A stretch of 64,000 nucleotides of DNA from Trichoplax sp. H2 (lineage: Eukaryota), in the NCBI GenBank assembly GCA_003344405.1, contig NOWV01000014.1, positions 744,001-808,000 of the forward strand, given 5' to 3'. Position 1 is the first letter of the stretch. Each line of letters opens with the position of its first letter. The position numbers and the translations under genes are program-made. This document shows, one piece after another, positions 14,283 through 25,700 of the stretch. The notes under the pieces were generated by a model. It was not told the DNA's origin and did no database searches. It worked only from the letters and a program-made list of their open reading frames with translations.

Positions 14283-15392
14283 ATGTTCGTTTGCCAAAAA
14301 GGTACAACTACGATTTCAATTTATCACAAGAATGAAACAAGCTTTAAGTATCCAACGATTTATGACCAATATCTTCAAGCTGCTGTGGTGTTAAATTCTA
14401 CCGTTGCTATCATTAGCATCATATTAAACACTTATGTTTTACTTGTTATTACCTATAATAAAACCATGCGATCAGCTGCTCACTTGGGAATGATAAACTT
14501 AGCTTTCGCTGGATTGATATGTTCGGCTTCGTTTTCAGCGGCTGATGGTATAATATATTACTCTAGTATCAATAAGCTACTACAAGATAAATTAGTTATT
14601 GATATTACATGTGGAGTTGCTGTTCCATTAGGTATGTCAGCTTATATGGCCAGTATCGCTACATTAACTTTTATTGCGATCGATCGTTATCGTGAAATGG
14701 CTGTACCGTCATCACACAAGTGGAAAAGATGGCAACTATTATTCGGATTGATTACAGTCTGGCTATTCGGCTCGTCAATAAGCTTTCCGCACGCTCTAAA
14801 TAAACTCAATTCTCAATCGCTTGTCAAAGCGTGCGATTTATGGGTTTTACGTTATGATGGCAGGAAAGTTAACCTTTATCTCATTGACATTCCTCTTTTC
14901 ATACTCTTTTTGATAATGCTTCTCTGCTATCTAAGAATTACGATCAAAATAAAAAGTACTAACAAAATTTTAGATGCTAATCAAGTGGATGATAATACTA
15001 TTTCACGAGTAGACGAAATTAGATCGCAACGTAGAAACTTATTACTGAAAGTCTTCCTGATCATATCCTTGATACAATTTTTGTTAATTCTTGTATGGCT
15101 TGTGATGATTCATGTCCTAGTTTTGGGTTACGACGTTGCTAATATCCATTTACTAGGGCTTTTATCTATTATGAATCATACATTTTTGATATGTATGAGT
15201 AGTTATAATGCTTTTATTTATATCTATTACTTGGAAAGATTTCGCTTCTTTGTTGAAAAAATGTTCCCGTGCTGTATGCGCTTAGAAGGTGAGGAACAAA
15301 TGAACCTAACAAATGATCGAGCACAAAATCCTTATGCGATATATCAAGGAGAGCCCGATGGTGCAGCCATGGAGACAAACAATGAAAATTAA
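14283..15392 (+). CDS. Intronless class A GPCR, divergent orphan; paralog of the 4495-5589 receptor
   Basis: 369-aa ORF with seven TM segments, TM1 Asn, TM2 'NLA', TM3 Cys plus 'AIDRY', TM4 Trp and TM7 'NAFIY'. Confidence 0.9.
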   Translation: MFVCQKGTTTISIYHKNETSFKYPTIYDQYLQAAVVLNSTVAIISIILNTYVLLVITYNKTMRSAAHLGMINLAFAGLICSASFSAADGIIYYSSINKLLQDKLVIDITCGVAVPLGMSAYMASIATLTFIAIDRYREMAVPSSHKWKRWQLLFGLITVWLFGSSISFPHALNKLNSQSLVKACDLWVLRYDGRKVNLYLIDIPLFILFLIMLLCYLRITIKIKSTNKILDANQVDDNTISRVDEIRSQRRNLLLKVFLIISLIQFLLILVWLVMIHVLVLGYDVANIHLLGLLSIMNHTFLICMSSYNAFIYIYYLERFRFFVEKMFPCCMRLEGEEQMNLTNDRAQNPYAIYQGEPDGAAMETNNEN

Positions 15393-18300
15393 AGATATAA
15401 TTGTAAAATAGCAATAACTGTGTAGCTAGAGTAAATAATGATTCGATATTCATGAACGTAATATTACACAAAATATGGATAGAGCATCCTTTGATCGATG
15501 ATAATATATTAAGACCGTTCTTGTCAGGTACAAAGCAACTATCTTACGAGGAATACTTTAGATCATGTATGCAAATGATATACGTACTGCACGGCATTGT
15601 ATATTATAACTACCCTATACTGGCACAGTTTTTGTAAACTATCCAAAATTGTTGACACAATAATTAGATGGCTAAAATTTTCGATTTCTATGAATTGCAT
15701 TGTTTTATTCATGTTAAGGTATGAATACTGCATTAGCACTGAGGAATTTATTGTCAGCGATATTGAATGTCTACTGTATAATATTAGTGAAGTTAGATCT
15801 AAGTTCATACATTTACTACAGCATATTTTTTTTTATAATATATCACAATAATAATCTTTACTAGTTATCTCAAATGGCCTACGGCTAGTGCAGTAAGATG
15901 TAGATTTAGTCACATCTGAAATCAAAAATTTCTGGTCTATTGAATTTTTATATACTGTAGCTGCTCGATTAAGCCGTAATATATATATTCTACGAAAATT
16001 CTTGTTTCTTTCGATAGGTCGTCGAAATAAAGTAGGAGGAATGACAGCCTCGAGTTGATATTTATTTCATTCCTTTATTCCAATGTTTCGCTTTGAATTT
16101 AATCCGAGCAAAATTTCATAATATATGCATGAGGTTGTATGAATATCCATCCAAAAAAGAATAAAATATCTAAATGATTCAATTATTTCTTAATTAAAAA
16201 TCCGGCAACATCTTTGTATGGCGAATATAATATCATTTATCATAATATAAAATTTTGCGATTCTCTTTTGTCGTCGATTATATTTCCAGTTACACATTAG
16301 CTATTAATGCTTAAAGATTACAAATTTTTTCAACTGAATTTCGTTATGAAATATTCAATTTATTTTAATAGTACTTTATCCATTCCCACTATCGAAGTTT
16401 GAGCCATTGTAAATATAATAAAATGTTGCCTTTATGATAGATAATCATGAATTCATAAGTTTTTTGCGATGAATAACTCTGCATAGTATGCTGAGGTTTT
16501 CCGGGTAATAGAAGCAGATTTTTTACGCTCCGTTTTTACATTTTTTTCTATCGAGCTATATCCAAACTTAATCTTAGATTCCTTCTACTGATTATGCAAG
16601 AATAAATACTAATTATTCATAATAAATATTTACCAATTTGACAAAGATAGGGCTGAAATTTATTAAATTCTCGTTTTAGTAGTGCAGTATACCAGTATTT
16701 CAAAGTGTAGGTTTATAATTTTATAGTTCATATTATTAACCTATAGATAATTTGGAATATCCTGATTGTATCTGCGCTGTTATTGAAAAATAGTTGTGTC
16801 TTTATGATACTCTGTCCCAATTACGAGATTTTAATTGGTTCGATAAAAATTTATGATGCAGTAAGGACATGGCAGAAATGTTTGTAGGTACATTACAGTA
16901 CAGCACGTACACATGATTTCGAAAATTTTACATAATAATCCCAAGGTAGTGGGGTGTGAGTGACAAGGTAATAACGTATTTTCTATTTATTATTTTTATA
17001 TTTGTGACGTTCTATAAATAAGTACTTATTTCAATAGAAATTTGTTAGCAGTGTGTAATAGAGCGTAAATCCAGTTTACTTCTATTTCGATCGGCGGAAT
17101 CTATCTAACAAATCCCTTTACAACCCCTTATGATACTTGAAGCACAGATGAAAAATATCCTTGACATTTGGCAGCGCACCTCAAATCATGATTATCAGCC
17201 ATATGAATATTGATTAAGGTATTAAAAATAAAAAGGATCTAAATGAAGACTATAATAGTCAGGAATGAGATCGACATGAGAGATAAGTATTGATTCAGAA
17301 CAGAAGTCATGAATTTAAAGGGTATAGCTCATATGATGCAATAATGTAGCATAGCTGGTTGAATGGACGTCATTAGCTTACCTAGTCGACTGCCCTTGTC
17401 AATTGTATAGTTGCAGTATTTTATCAATTTATCTTGCAAAGTACAATCGGGAACATGCACTACTGAAAAATCTTCTTTTAAGACTTTACGATGTGGAATT
17501 AGTGACCTTGAGGTTGAGTTATTTGGGCATTCATATGGGTGTACCGATTTTTAAACTGACAGCAATAGTTTAAAAACAAAAATATTGGTGCTGAGTGATT
17601 TAGGAGAACAAGTTGACCGTATACTAGTGTACAGCCACTGCATATTTTTATTACTGTACTAGTACTACAGATTACGGTTTACAAATACGATACGCATTAC
17701 GCCGTTATAATTAATAGTGAGTAGAAATATATGATAATTTGTTTATTTAATATAATTATGTAAATTTATGATTGCGCAATTTGCATTTGTATCTAAGTAT
17801 AGAAGTACAATTTGCCTTGCATATTTTCTTATACAGTAAAATTTAAAATTTTAAGATTATCTTTATTACCATTGTCAGTAGATCAGTGTCACCGTAAATT
17901 CTTTAACATATGCTTTAACATGCTTTTGATTAATTAATATGATCAATAAGACTGTACCTCGTCGGTTCGATACTGCTTTCAGCAAAGTCTTGCGAACACT
18001 ATTAACTGTAATCGGCGATCCAATTTAAAATTGTTTCAGTTTTATCGCAAATCATAATTTACAATGTAATGCTTATAAACATAGCAGTAAAAATAATAAC
18101 TTTGGTTTTATCATTGTTTCTACTGATGGCAATAAATGAGAGTTGATTATATGAGACTAACTTTCTTTTTTACTCGTATTTATTACGGTAATTTGCAAAA
18201 TAATAGATTTATCAATTATGTATTGACGCGGATTACAATAAGATGAGATTCCCCACGAATCGCTTGACATTTTATGGTAATTATGTATCTCCTAAAATTC

Positions 18301-18414
18301 TATTTATTCTACTTTAGCTAATTAACGGCAATAAATAATTTAATGTAATGCAACTACTGTACTTAATAGGATTATACTTAATACGGTATAGAAAGTGATA
18401 ATAATTCTCAATAG

Positions 18415-19332
18415 CTATGCCTTATTAGTACGATTTAGAAGATTTTGAATGAGTGTTGCGAGGTTATGAGCACAGCGACGATCGAATCGAAAGAATAGTT
18501 CAGGCTCTAGTATTTCGAACTCTGATAGTAGTAATTGATTTTGAGAGTCGTATATAGCATCTACTCGAGCGTAAGCCGGTTTAGTCCTGCATTTCTCTAC
18601 AACATTTTCGGCAAAATGACGTTCCTGATCCGATGCAGTATATGGAAAGACATACCCTCCATAGTCGTCTTGAATCTTAAATTCTCCTTTTTTAGCTACT
18701 TTAAGTACACTATGAGTTAGTTTACCATCGATGACCACAAAGGACATTTCGCCTTTTGTAGTATAAGCTTCCATAAATGGCTGGGCAAGCAATTCCTTCT
18801 GTGATATCAAATCTGTGAGAATACTCTTGTATTCATCGATTTCATCGCGTTTTATCTTGAAAGTATTTTTGGCAGCAGCTGACACAGCCGGTTTAACGAC
18901 TATAGTTTGTGTCTGGAGTTTATTAAAGATATTATCAATATTTCTTAGATCATTATTGCATAATTTTATCGTTTCCACGATAGGAATTTTCTTTTCTTGG
19001 AATTCAAATAAGTAATTTTTGTCTATATTCCACAAGCATAGATCTGCTGAATTAATTAAAATCGTCTTTTTCTCTGTTAGATGTATCCATTCTTTAAAAC
19101 TTTCCCAATAATCGGAATAGTTCCATGTAGAGCGAATGATAGCACAGCGTACAGTCTCCCATTCGAATGGAATATCCCAAGCAACACGTATTGCAGTTAA
19201 TCCCACATTTCTTAGGCAATGGATGAGTAAGCTTTCTTCAAATCTAGACTGGATACGGTAGAAATCGTGATCGGGCAAATCTTGAAACCGGCTACTGTTA
19301 CAAGATTCGGTTACAATTGCTACGTCAATCAT
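18415..19332 (-). CDS. Bacterial-type ATP-grasp ligase (DcsG/RimK/glutathione-synthetase-like), copy A
   Basis: Intact 305-aa intronless ORF. Motifs match the prokaryotic ATP-grasp family: RSTWNY (cf. RSTWDY), WNIDKNYL, VVKPAVSA, QPFM, GEMS, KGEFKIQDDYGG, YARVD and the metal-binding EFEILEP. Confidence 0.85.
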   Translation of the reverse strand: MIDVAIVTESCNSSRFQDLPDHDFYRIQSRFEESLLIHCLRNVGLTAIRVAWDIPFEWETVRCAIIRSTWNYSDYWESFKEWIHLTEKKTILINSADLCLWNIDKNYLFEFQEKKIPIVETIKLCNNDLRNIDNIFNKLQTQTIVVKPAVSAAAKNTFKIKRDEIDEYKSILTDLISQKELLAQPFMEAYTTKGEMSFVVIDGKLTHSVLKVAKKGEFKIQDDYGGYVFPYTASDQERHFAENVVEKCRTKPAYARVDAIYDSQNQLLLSEFEILEPELFFRFDRRCAHNLATLIQNLLNRTNKA

Positions 19333-20318
19333 TGTCGTTCACGATTCGTCTTCTTTTTCCTACACAATATTTCGACAATCAAATACTACGGTGCTACACT
19401 AGTTAATTAATTAAGTTAAGCCTTCCAACGCTTAGTACTATCCTTAAGAAGAAATTTTTCAAAAACTAAGCGATTTTTTTAGCTTTAAAACCTTGCAAAG
19501 GAATAATGGATAGTGCTGGAACTGCAGGATAATGTCCATCTTGTGCGTTATTCGAAGACGGTTCGTTTGGAACCACTTTCATACCGGGTAAAATTTATTG
19601 TTTATATATAACAGGCTGGCATTACCGACGTTGGCTGTAACATATTGTGTTATTATATAATTACGGTATGCTAGTCCTATAATTATAATCCGTGGCGTGG
19701 CTGACAGACTGTGACTAATAGCGATGTTGGCCGTAACATATTGTGTTGTATCACACCAGCTTGCAAGAACCTGCTACTTCTCATCGCTGGAACAGCTCTA
19801 TCCGTTCTCTTGTCCAAATTGAATATAATAATTAAATTTCATGCAGTGTCAGCCTTGTGTAGTGATAGGTATTTGCAAGCAAGGGTAAGTACCGTCTTGG
19901 ACCATGATACAGTGTAAAAGAATAATTTGCTTCGCATATTTCCTTATACCGTAATATTATTTAACTTCAGGGCTAATCATATTAATTATATAATTTTTCA
20001 TCATTGTCAGAAGGATCAAAGATGGAAAGTAACAGTCATGATTTTATTATTGCATCGAATGATGACGGCAATAAGTATCAATTTATAATTACTTTGTTTA
20101 CGCAGTTACTCAAAAGTTACTTGAAATTGATTTTATTTAAGTACGGAAATACAGAGTATGCAATAACTATGCATTCATCTTTCATTATAATTTACGCTGC
20201 ATATCTATAGACTTGAATCAAACTATTATACGTAAACTATAATTTAAGATACTGCAACTACTTTGTAGGATTATACTTTATACCGTGTGTAGAGTGATAA
20301 TTATTCTCAATAGTTACT

Positions 20319-21239
20319 TTATACCTTATTAGTACGATTAAGAATATTTCGAATAACTGTTGCGAGGTTATCTGCACATCGTCGATCGAATCGAAAGAAT
20401 AGTTCAGGCTCTAGTAGTTCGATCTCCGTTAAAAATAATTGATTTTGAGAGTCGTATATAGCATCTACTCGAGCGTAAGCCGGTTTAGTCCTGCATTTCT
20501 CTACAACATTTTCGGCAAAGTGACGTTCTTGATCCGATGCAGTATACGGAAAGACATACCCTCCATAGTCGTCTTGAATCTTAAATTCTCCTTTTTTAGC
20601 TACTTTAAGTACACTATGAGTTAGTTTGCCATCGATGACCATGAAGGACATTTCGCCTTTTGTAGTGTAAGTTTCCATAAATGGCTGAGCAAGCAATTCT
20701 TTCTGTGATATTAAGTCTGTGAGAACACTCTTGTATTCATCGATTTCATCGCGTTTAATCTTGAAAGTATTTTTGGCAGTTGCTGACACAGCCGGTTTAA
20801 TAACTATCGTTTGTGTTTGAAGTTTATTAAAGATATTATCAGCATTTTTGAGATCAGAATTGTTCAATTTTATCGTTTCCACGATAGGAATTTTCTTTTC
20901 TTGTAATTCAAATAAGTAATTTTTGTCTATATTCCACAAGCATAGATCTGCTGAATTAATTAAAATCGTCTTTTTCTCTGCTGTACGTATCCAATTTTCA
21001 AAACTTTCCAAGTTATCGATATAATTCCATGTAGAGCGAATGATCGCGCAGCGTACAGTCTCCCATTCGAATGGAATATCCCATGCAACACGTATTGCAG
21101 TTAATCCCACATTTCTTAAGCAATGGATGAGTAAGCTTTCTTCATATCTGGTCTGGATACGTGCAAAATCATCATCTGGTATATCCTGAAATCGGCTACT
21201 GTTGCAAGATTCGGTTACAATGGCAACGTCAATCATCAT
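20319..21239 (-). CDS. Bacterial-type ATP-grasp ligase, copy B (tandem duplicate)
   Basis: Intact intronless ORF; first ATG at 21239 (MMIDVAIV...). Same motifs as copy A, with 32 substitutions in 305 aligned residues by manual count (~90% identity). Confidence 0.85.
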   Translation of the reverse strand: MMIDVAIVTESCNSSRFQDIPDDDFARIQTRYEESLLIHCLRNVGLTAIRVAWDIPFEWETVRCAIIRSTWNYIDNLESFENWIRTAEKKTILINSADLCLWNIDKNYLFELQEKKIPIVETIKLNNSDLKNADNIFNKLQTQTIVIKPAVSATAKNTFKIKRDEIDEYKSVLTDLISQKELLAQPFMETYTTKGEMSFMVIDGKLTHSVLKVAKKGEFKIQDDYGGYVFPYTASDQERHFAENVVEKCRTKPAYARVDAIYDSQNQLFLTEIELLEPELFFRFDRRCADNLATVIRNILNRTNKV

Positions 21240-21840
21240 TGACAATTTATCTTTTTTAGCTCTACGCGTATTTCACAATCAAAACACTACAGTATTGCTC
21301 TAGTTCAACAAGAACGCGTCTAGAAATCATTCAACTGCGAGCAATCGTACAGTACAACAGAGGATTAGCAGTTATTTCATTTATTCTATAGCACAGTTCA
21401 CTTTGCAGACAACTTGACGGATACTTGGTTGCACACGGTAAGTCAAAAAGTAGATCATTGGAGTTTTGCTGACTGGTGGCTAACAGTAGCTAGGGACGAC
21501 AACTAGTCGTGCCCAGCGGGAAGGAAAATGGATCACGATGAACTCTGCATAGCTCATACAGTACAATATGGAGCTTGCTGCCACTATTGTCATACAAAAT
21601 ACAGTACAGTATTGCATAAAGTTGCATCACTTGCTTTTACTATGCCAACATACAGTACGTACAGTACTGTAAGCCTCAACGGTACAGTACTCGAAAATTG
21701 AATGGAATATTGTACTGTGGCCGACAACTGAGCGCTGACCACGCTGACAATATTCTGAGTACTATGTATTCACTGCCACCAGCCTCCTGTAGTCTTGGCA
21801 ATCTTCTAGATAGATCGAGTGACATGATTTATTAGGGATT

Positions 21841-22190
21841 TGTGGATGTCCGACAGACAGGTTAGGAAGACATATATCTAGGAGTACATATCTTCCTAAC
21901 CTATCCAATTATATATGATTATATTGATTTAAATTATTGTTCTTAATTGATAATAAATAGTGAGTCTATGTTGTCATGTACTATAGATTGTTATGCTATA
22001 ATGTTTATTGCCATGTACGATCGGACAGGTTAGGAAGACATGTATCTTGGGGAGTACATGTCTTCCAACTTGTCAGATTATATTTATTTAATAATAAAAT
22101 AATTGTTCGTTATTACTAATCAATAAATGATGAGCCTATGTAGTCATGCAGATTGTTATGCTATAATATTGATTGTAATGTGGATACTAA
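21841..22190. repeat. Two-copy ~170-bp tandem repeat, each unit carrying a ~50-58 bp hairpin
   Basis: The units share 'gacaggttaggaagacat..at...gtacat.tcttcc(t)aac.t.tc' and downstream 'agattgttatgctataat'. Hairpins lie at 21856-21905 and 22021-22078. Confidence 0.8.
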
Positions 22191-23762
22191 TATCAGGAAG
22201 ATAAATTTGGGTTTGCTCATTTTACTGATATACTAAGTACCGTATTTTGTGAACATGAGGAATTAATTGAGGTTCATTAAATGCAAGCTGTGCGAGCTGT
22301 ACTTACTGGATATCATTAGTGCGATTTTACCAGCACAGTCACAACGGCTGTCTGACAAACAGTTTCATCGATCTGCAAGATCCGCTCAGATGATATTTTC
22401 ATCGCCAATACTGTTTGCATGCATGTTAGTGAATAAATGGCCTGTATTGATGAATGATGAAGTCTTTGACTAGTTATGACTTTCGCAATCGTCATAAATA
22501 CAACTGAGTCCTCTAGAAGTATGGCAATACTCATACCATGATATTTACTGTACTGCATAAGTGCATATTAGTGCTCTGTAATCCCACTTGGACTAAATCT
22601 CACTAATCGTTATTACGTGTACAGTGCATTTATTCATAACTTCAGTACAATCGGATACTCAAATTATTTTATGGGTGACCAATATACATGCTCGTATAGA
22701 GTGTAGATAAATAGTAATAAAATAAAATTATAATCGTTCATTAACTGTGAGTCAGTGATAAATTAGACAGTAAAGTACAAGTACTGTACGAGTGTACAGA
22801 CGAGTATGATATAGTTACTGTAGTAAGCGAACGTATGAGCGCATGATAAATCAGCACTTACTTCCAAACCTGCTTCGGGGTTTTATTGCACATCTCAATC
22901 AAGATGCAGTACAGTACTATTAAGCATAGGAGTAACGATCTCAGTTTTGCTATTATTATACATGAATTCGAAATCGTTACACCGATAATTGCAAGATTTC
23001 AAGACATTACTTGGTGAAAACAGGATTTTTACCGAGGATAGTACATCAATTAGGCCATTCTTAATTAAAATATATAGCAACAACGATATCAGATAATGAT
23101 AAGTAGATAACCATTGCAAATTTGAATAGACCTGAAACGTATACAGTACATACTCAGCAACTACTGTACTGAACATACGTGGAGATGGTACAGTAGTACA
23201 GCAAATTGTAACTATGTAGTAACGAATTCAAAGCAAAGACATACAAAAATACATTGTATCTAATTATTGTTCTGTATTCTGCAACTTCCAACTACCAGTA
23301 AATTATGCAGTATTAAGCAGAGTTATAAGCTTGAATAATGAACTTATAAGATAATGATATAATTGAGGAAAACATAATAACGCGAGACAATACTGGCTGC
23401 AATGCATATGTTTCGAATGACGACGTATGGCATAGTACCATCAGTAAGCCATCAGTCAGTTACTTCACATCACCGGTTACTGCAGTATAGTGTTCATCAG
23501 TGCGCAATGGCTTTACATACAGTAGTTGCAAGAAAGACCTATCCGTGCAGCATTGCATGCTGATTCAATCCATTTTACTAAATATTCTGCTTTACAAGGT
23601 ATTACATATGTGTCAATCAAATTGTGTTATCACTTATTCATCATCTACTACAACTGTATCACTACTTCATAACCCCTATTTGCAAAATCGGAAAGCCGAC
23701 TATTTTACAAATAGAAGAAAAAATTTGTCGCTATTAAAAATTGCAACTAACTATGAATGCAT

Positions 23763-24131
23763 TTATTTTTGAGGTTGTCCACTTTCCAGTCCTAATTGCT
23801 TGAACATACATTCATCATAAGCACGCTGAGAGGGCCGACAATATTCAAATTCGTGATTATTGTGATCTAAGCAAGTCCAGTGTTTAGTAAAGTCTTCTCT
23901 ACAACTGGCGTTGACTTTTTTAAAGAATTCAACAGCACATTCGCTTACGCGGCGTCCTTGAGGCAAGCACTTTCTTGGATCGGTGGTTTCGTAGCGACAT
24001 AACATAAATTCGTGGTTGGGCTTGTCACAATAATTTCCATAATGGTACGCTGCTGCGGCGAGTACGGCCGACGTTACATTGACTTCTTCCACTAGCAAGT
24101 CTGACACTGGAACATCTCTTGTAGAACTCAT
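23763..24131 (-). CDS. NDUFA8: NADH dehydrogenase (complex I) subunit NDUFA8, intronless
   Basis: First ATG at 24131 gives 122 aa. Signature 'EEVNVTSAVLAAAAYHYGNYCDKPNHEFMLCRYETTDPRKCL..G..V..C' with eight cysteines in CX9C-type pairs and 'FTKHWTCLD'. Confidence 0.93.
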   Translation of the reverse strand: MSSTRDVPVSDLLVEEVNVTSAVLAAAAYHYGNYCDKPNHEFMLCRYETTDPRKCLPQGRRVSECAVEFFKKVNASCREDFTKHWTCLDHNNHEFEYCRPSQRAYDECMFKQLGLESGQPQK

Positions 24132-24339
24132 AATGACTATTTCAGATCTTGACACAGCTAAATCACTCTTTGCTGTACGTTAGGCTTGTTCAGTATAGTA
24201 CATAGGTTTAGAATGAATGACAGCACCCAATGAAGATACTTTATTCCCAACTTTGCGCTGCTCTCGATTGCAGACCAGATTCTCAAGATGGCACTCGAAA
24301 GCGAGCGTTCTCCAAAGACAAGCGTGACGATGTCTGCAT

Positions 24340-24850
24340 CACTGTGTGCACTGCAGTGCCGTAGTTTCCACTGTACAATGTACCCTGTAGAGGCCAGGAC
24401 TACAGTACTGTACTGTACTGTACTGTACAGTGCAAGAGGTAAAAGGAAAAAATTCCACATGAAACTGTACTGTACAGTACTGTACAGGGTTAGGGTTAGT
24501 ACTGTGTAATTTGTAATTGACATACTGTACTGTACTGTACACGCTGTAGTGTACTGTACAGTACAGTACACGGAGAAAGGATTCTGAACCCAACACGCTA
24601 ACATACTGTACTGTACTCGAACTGACGCCTGCGCACTTTGTCACTAAGAGTTTGTTGTAAATACAGTACAGTAGATTATGCAGTTGCAGTGTTGCACAAA
24701 TCCGTACAGTACTACTACACGGAGAAAGGATTCTGAACCCAACACGCTAACATACAGTACAGTACTGTAGCCCTTATTACTGTACTCGAACTGACGCCTG
24801 CGCATTTTGTCACCAAGAGTTTGTTATTGATAAATTATGCAGTTGCCATA
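24340..24850. repeat. ACAGT/ACTGT-rich block containing a ~130-150 bp direct duplication
   Basis: Dense tacagtactgta pentamer arrays. 'cacggagaaaggattctgaacccaacacgctaacatac...tgtactcgaactgacgcctgcgca.tttgtcac.aagagtttgtt' occurs at ~24569 and ~24718. Confidence 0.85.
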
Positions 24851-25700
24851 ATTACGGTGGAGGAAAAAACTTCAGTTTGGTGTCTGCTCGCTCTTGTGCG
24901 TGAGAACTGTATAATGAATCATTTGAATCATCAAGTTAAAATAGACAGTACTCACAGTAGCAGGCTAACTGGTCGATGGCAATACGTGTATATCCTTTAG
25001 TGATAGGATAGACAAACTGTCAAGTAGAATAAGCTGGTTCTTGCAGACGCATTGTACAGTATAGTTAGTAGACGTATACGTATTATCATTGAAAGTAATC
25101 ATCACACAAAAATAGTAATAACGTCTTTTATGACGTTGAATGGTGAAAATTATTAGTTTCTCTCCAAGTTCTGTTACTAGCAAACATATTAGAAAAATTG
25201 GGCTCCAAGGCTTATAGCTGAGTGAAGAACTTAAGGTGATAGAGTAGCTAGCATTCAACTCAAAGTATTATTCAAAAAGATTGATGTTGATGCTACCATT
25301 TGGGAGTCACGACATATTTGGCGATAAAATATTCGGCGGCTGATCGTTCCATTTATTGTTCAAATAACGCGAAAAGAAATAGCTACGGCAATTCTACAAT
25401 CTACGCTGCTGGTAAAACCAAAATTTCGTGTAGATTGCTTTATTCTCAGTTGGCAAGTTGATATCACTAGCTAAGAAATCGAGATAGCTGATACATCACC
25501 TTGAATGATCGATATTTATATGCTTTGGCAATTGCATCACATTGGCCTGAAACAGCATATCAGTAATTAAACAGCTTTGGGCAATCGCTCACCAGAAGTT
25601 AGCAAATTAACTTATTCCTAGTACAAGCTCCCATAAGTGTTTGAGTAACTACTTCTTGGACAAATCAATTGAAAAACTTAAAAATTTTACGGTATTTAAA

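Noticed and set aside
19626-19750. ~28-bp direct repeat (cga.gttggc.gtaacatattgtgtt) between the ATP-grasp copies
   Set aside because: Real but only two short copies, and not at the duplication breakpoints; no interpretation can be supported.
18535-20624. Twin 61-aa + strand ORFs (18535-18720 and 20439-20624)
   Set aside because: Antisense shadows of the duplicated ATP-grasp genes; their similarity is explained by the duplication.
24487-24499. Telomere-like AGGGTTAGGGTTA
   Set aside because: Only about two units; too short to call an interstitial telomeric tract.
24158-24644. Overlapping ORFs upstream of NDUFA8
   Set aside because: Stop-poor by-products of the pentamer repeat.
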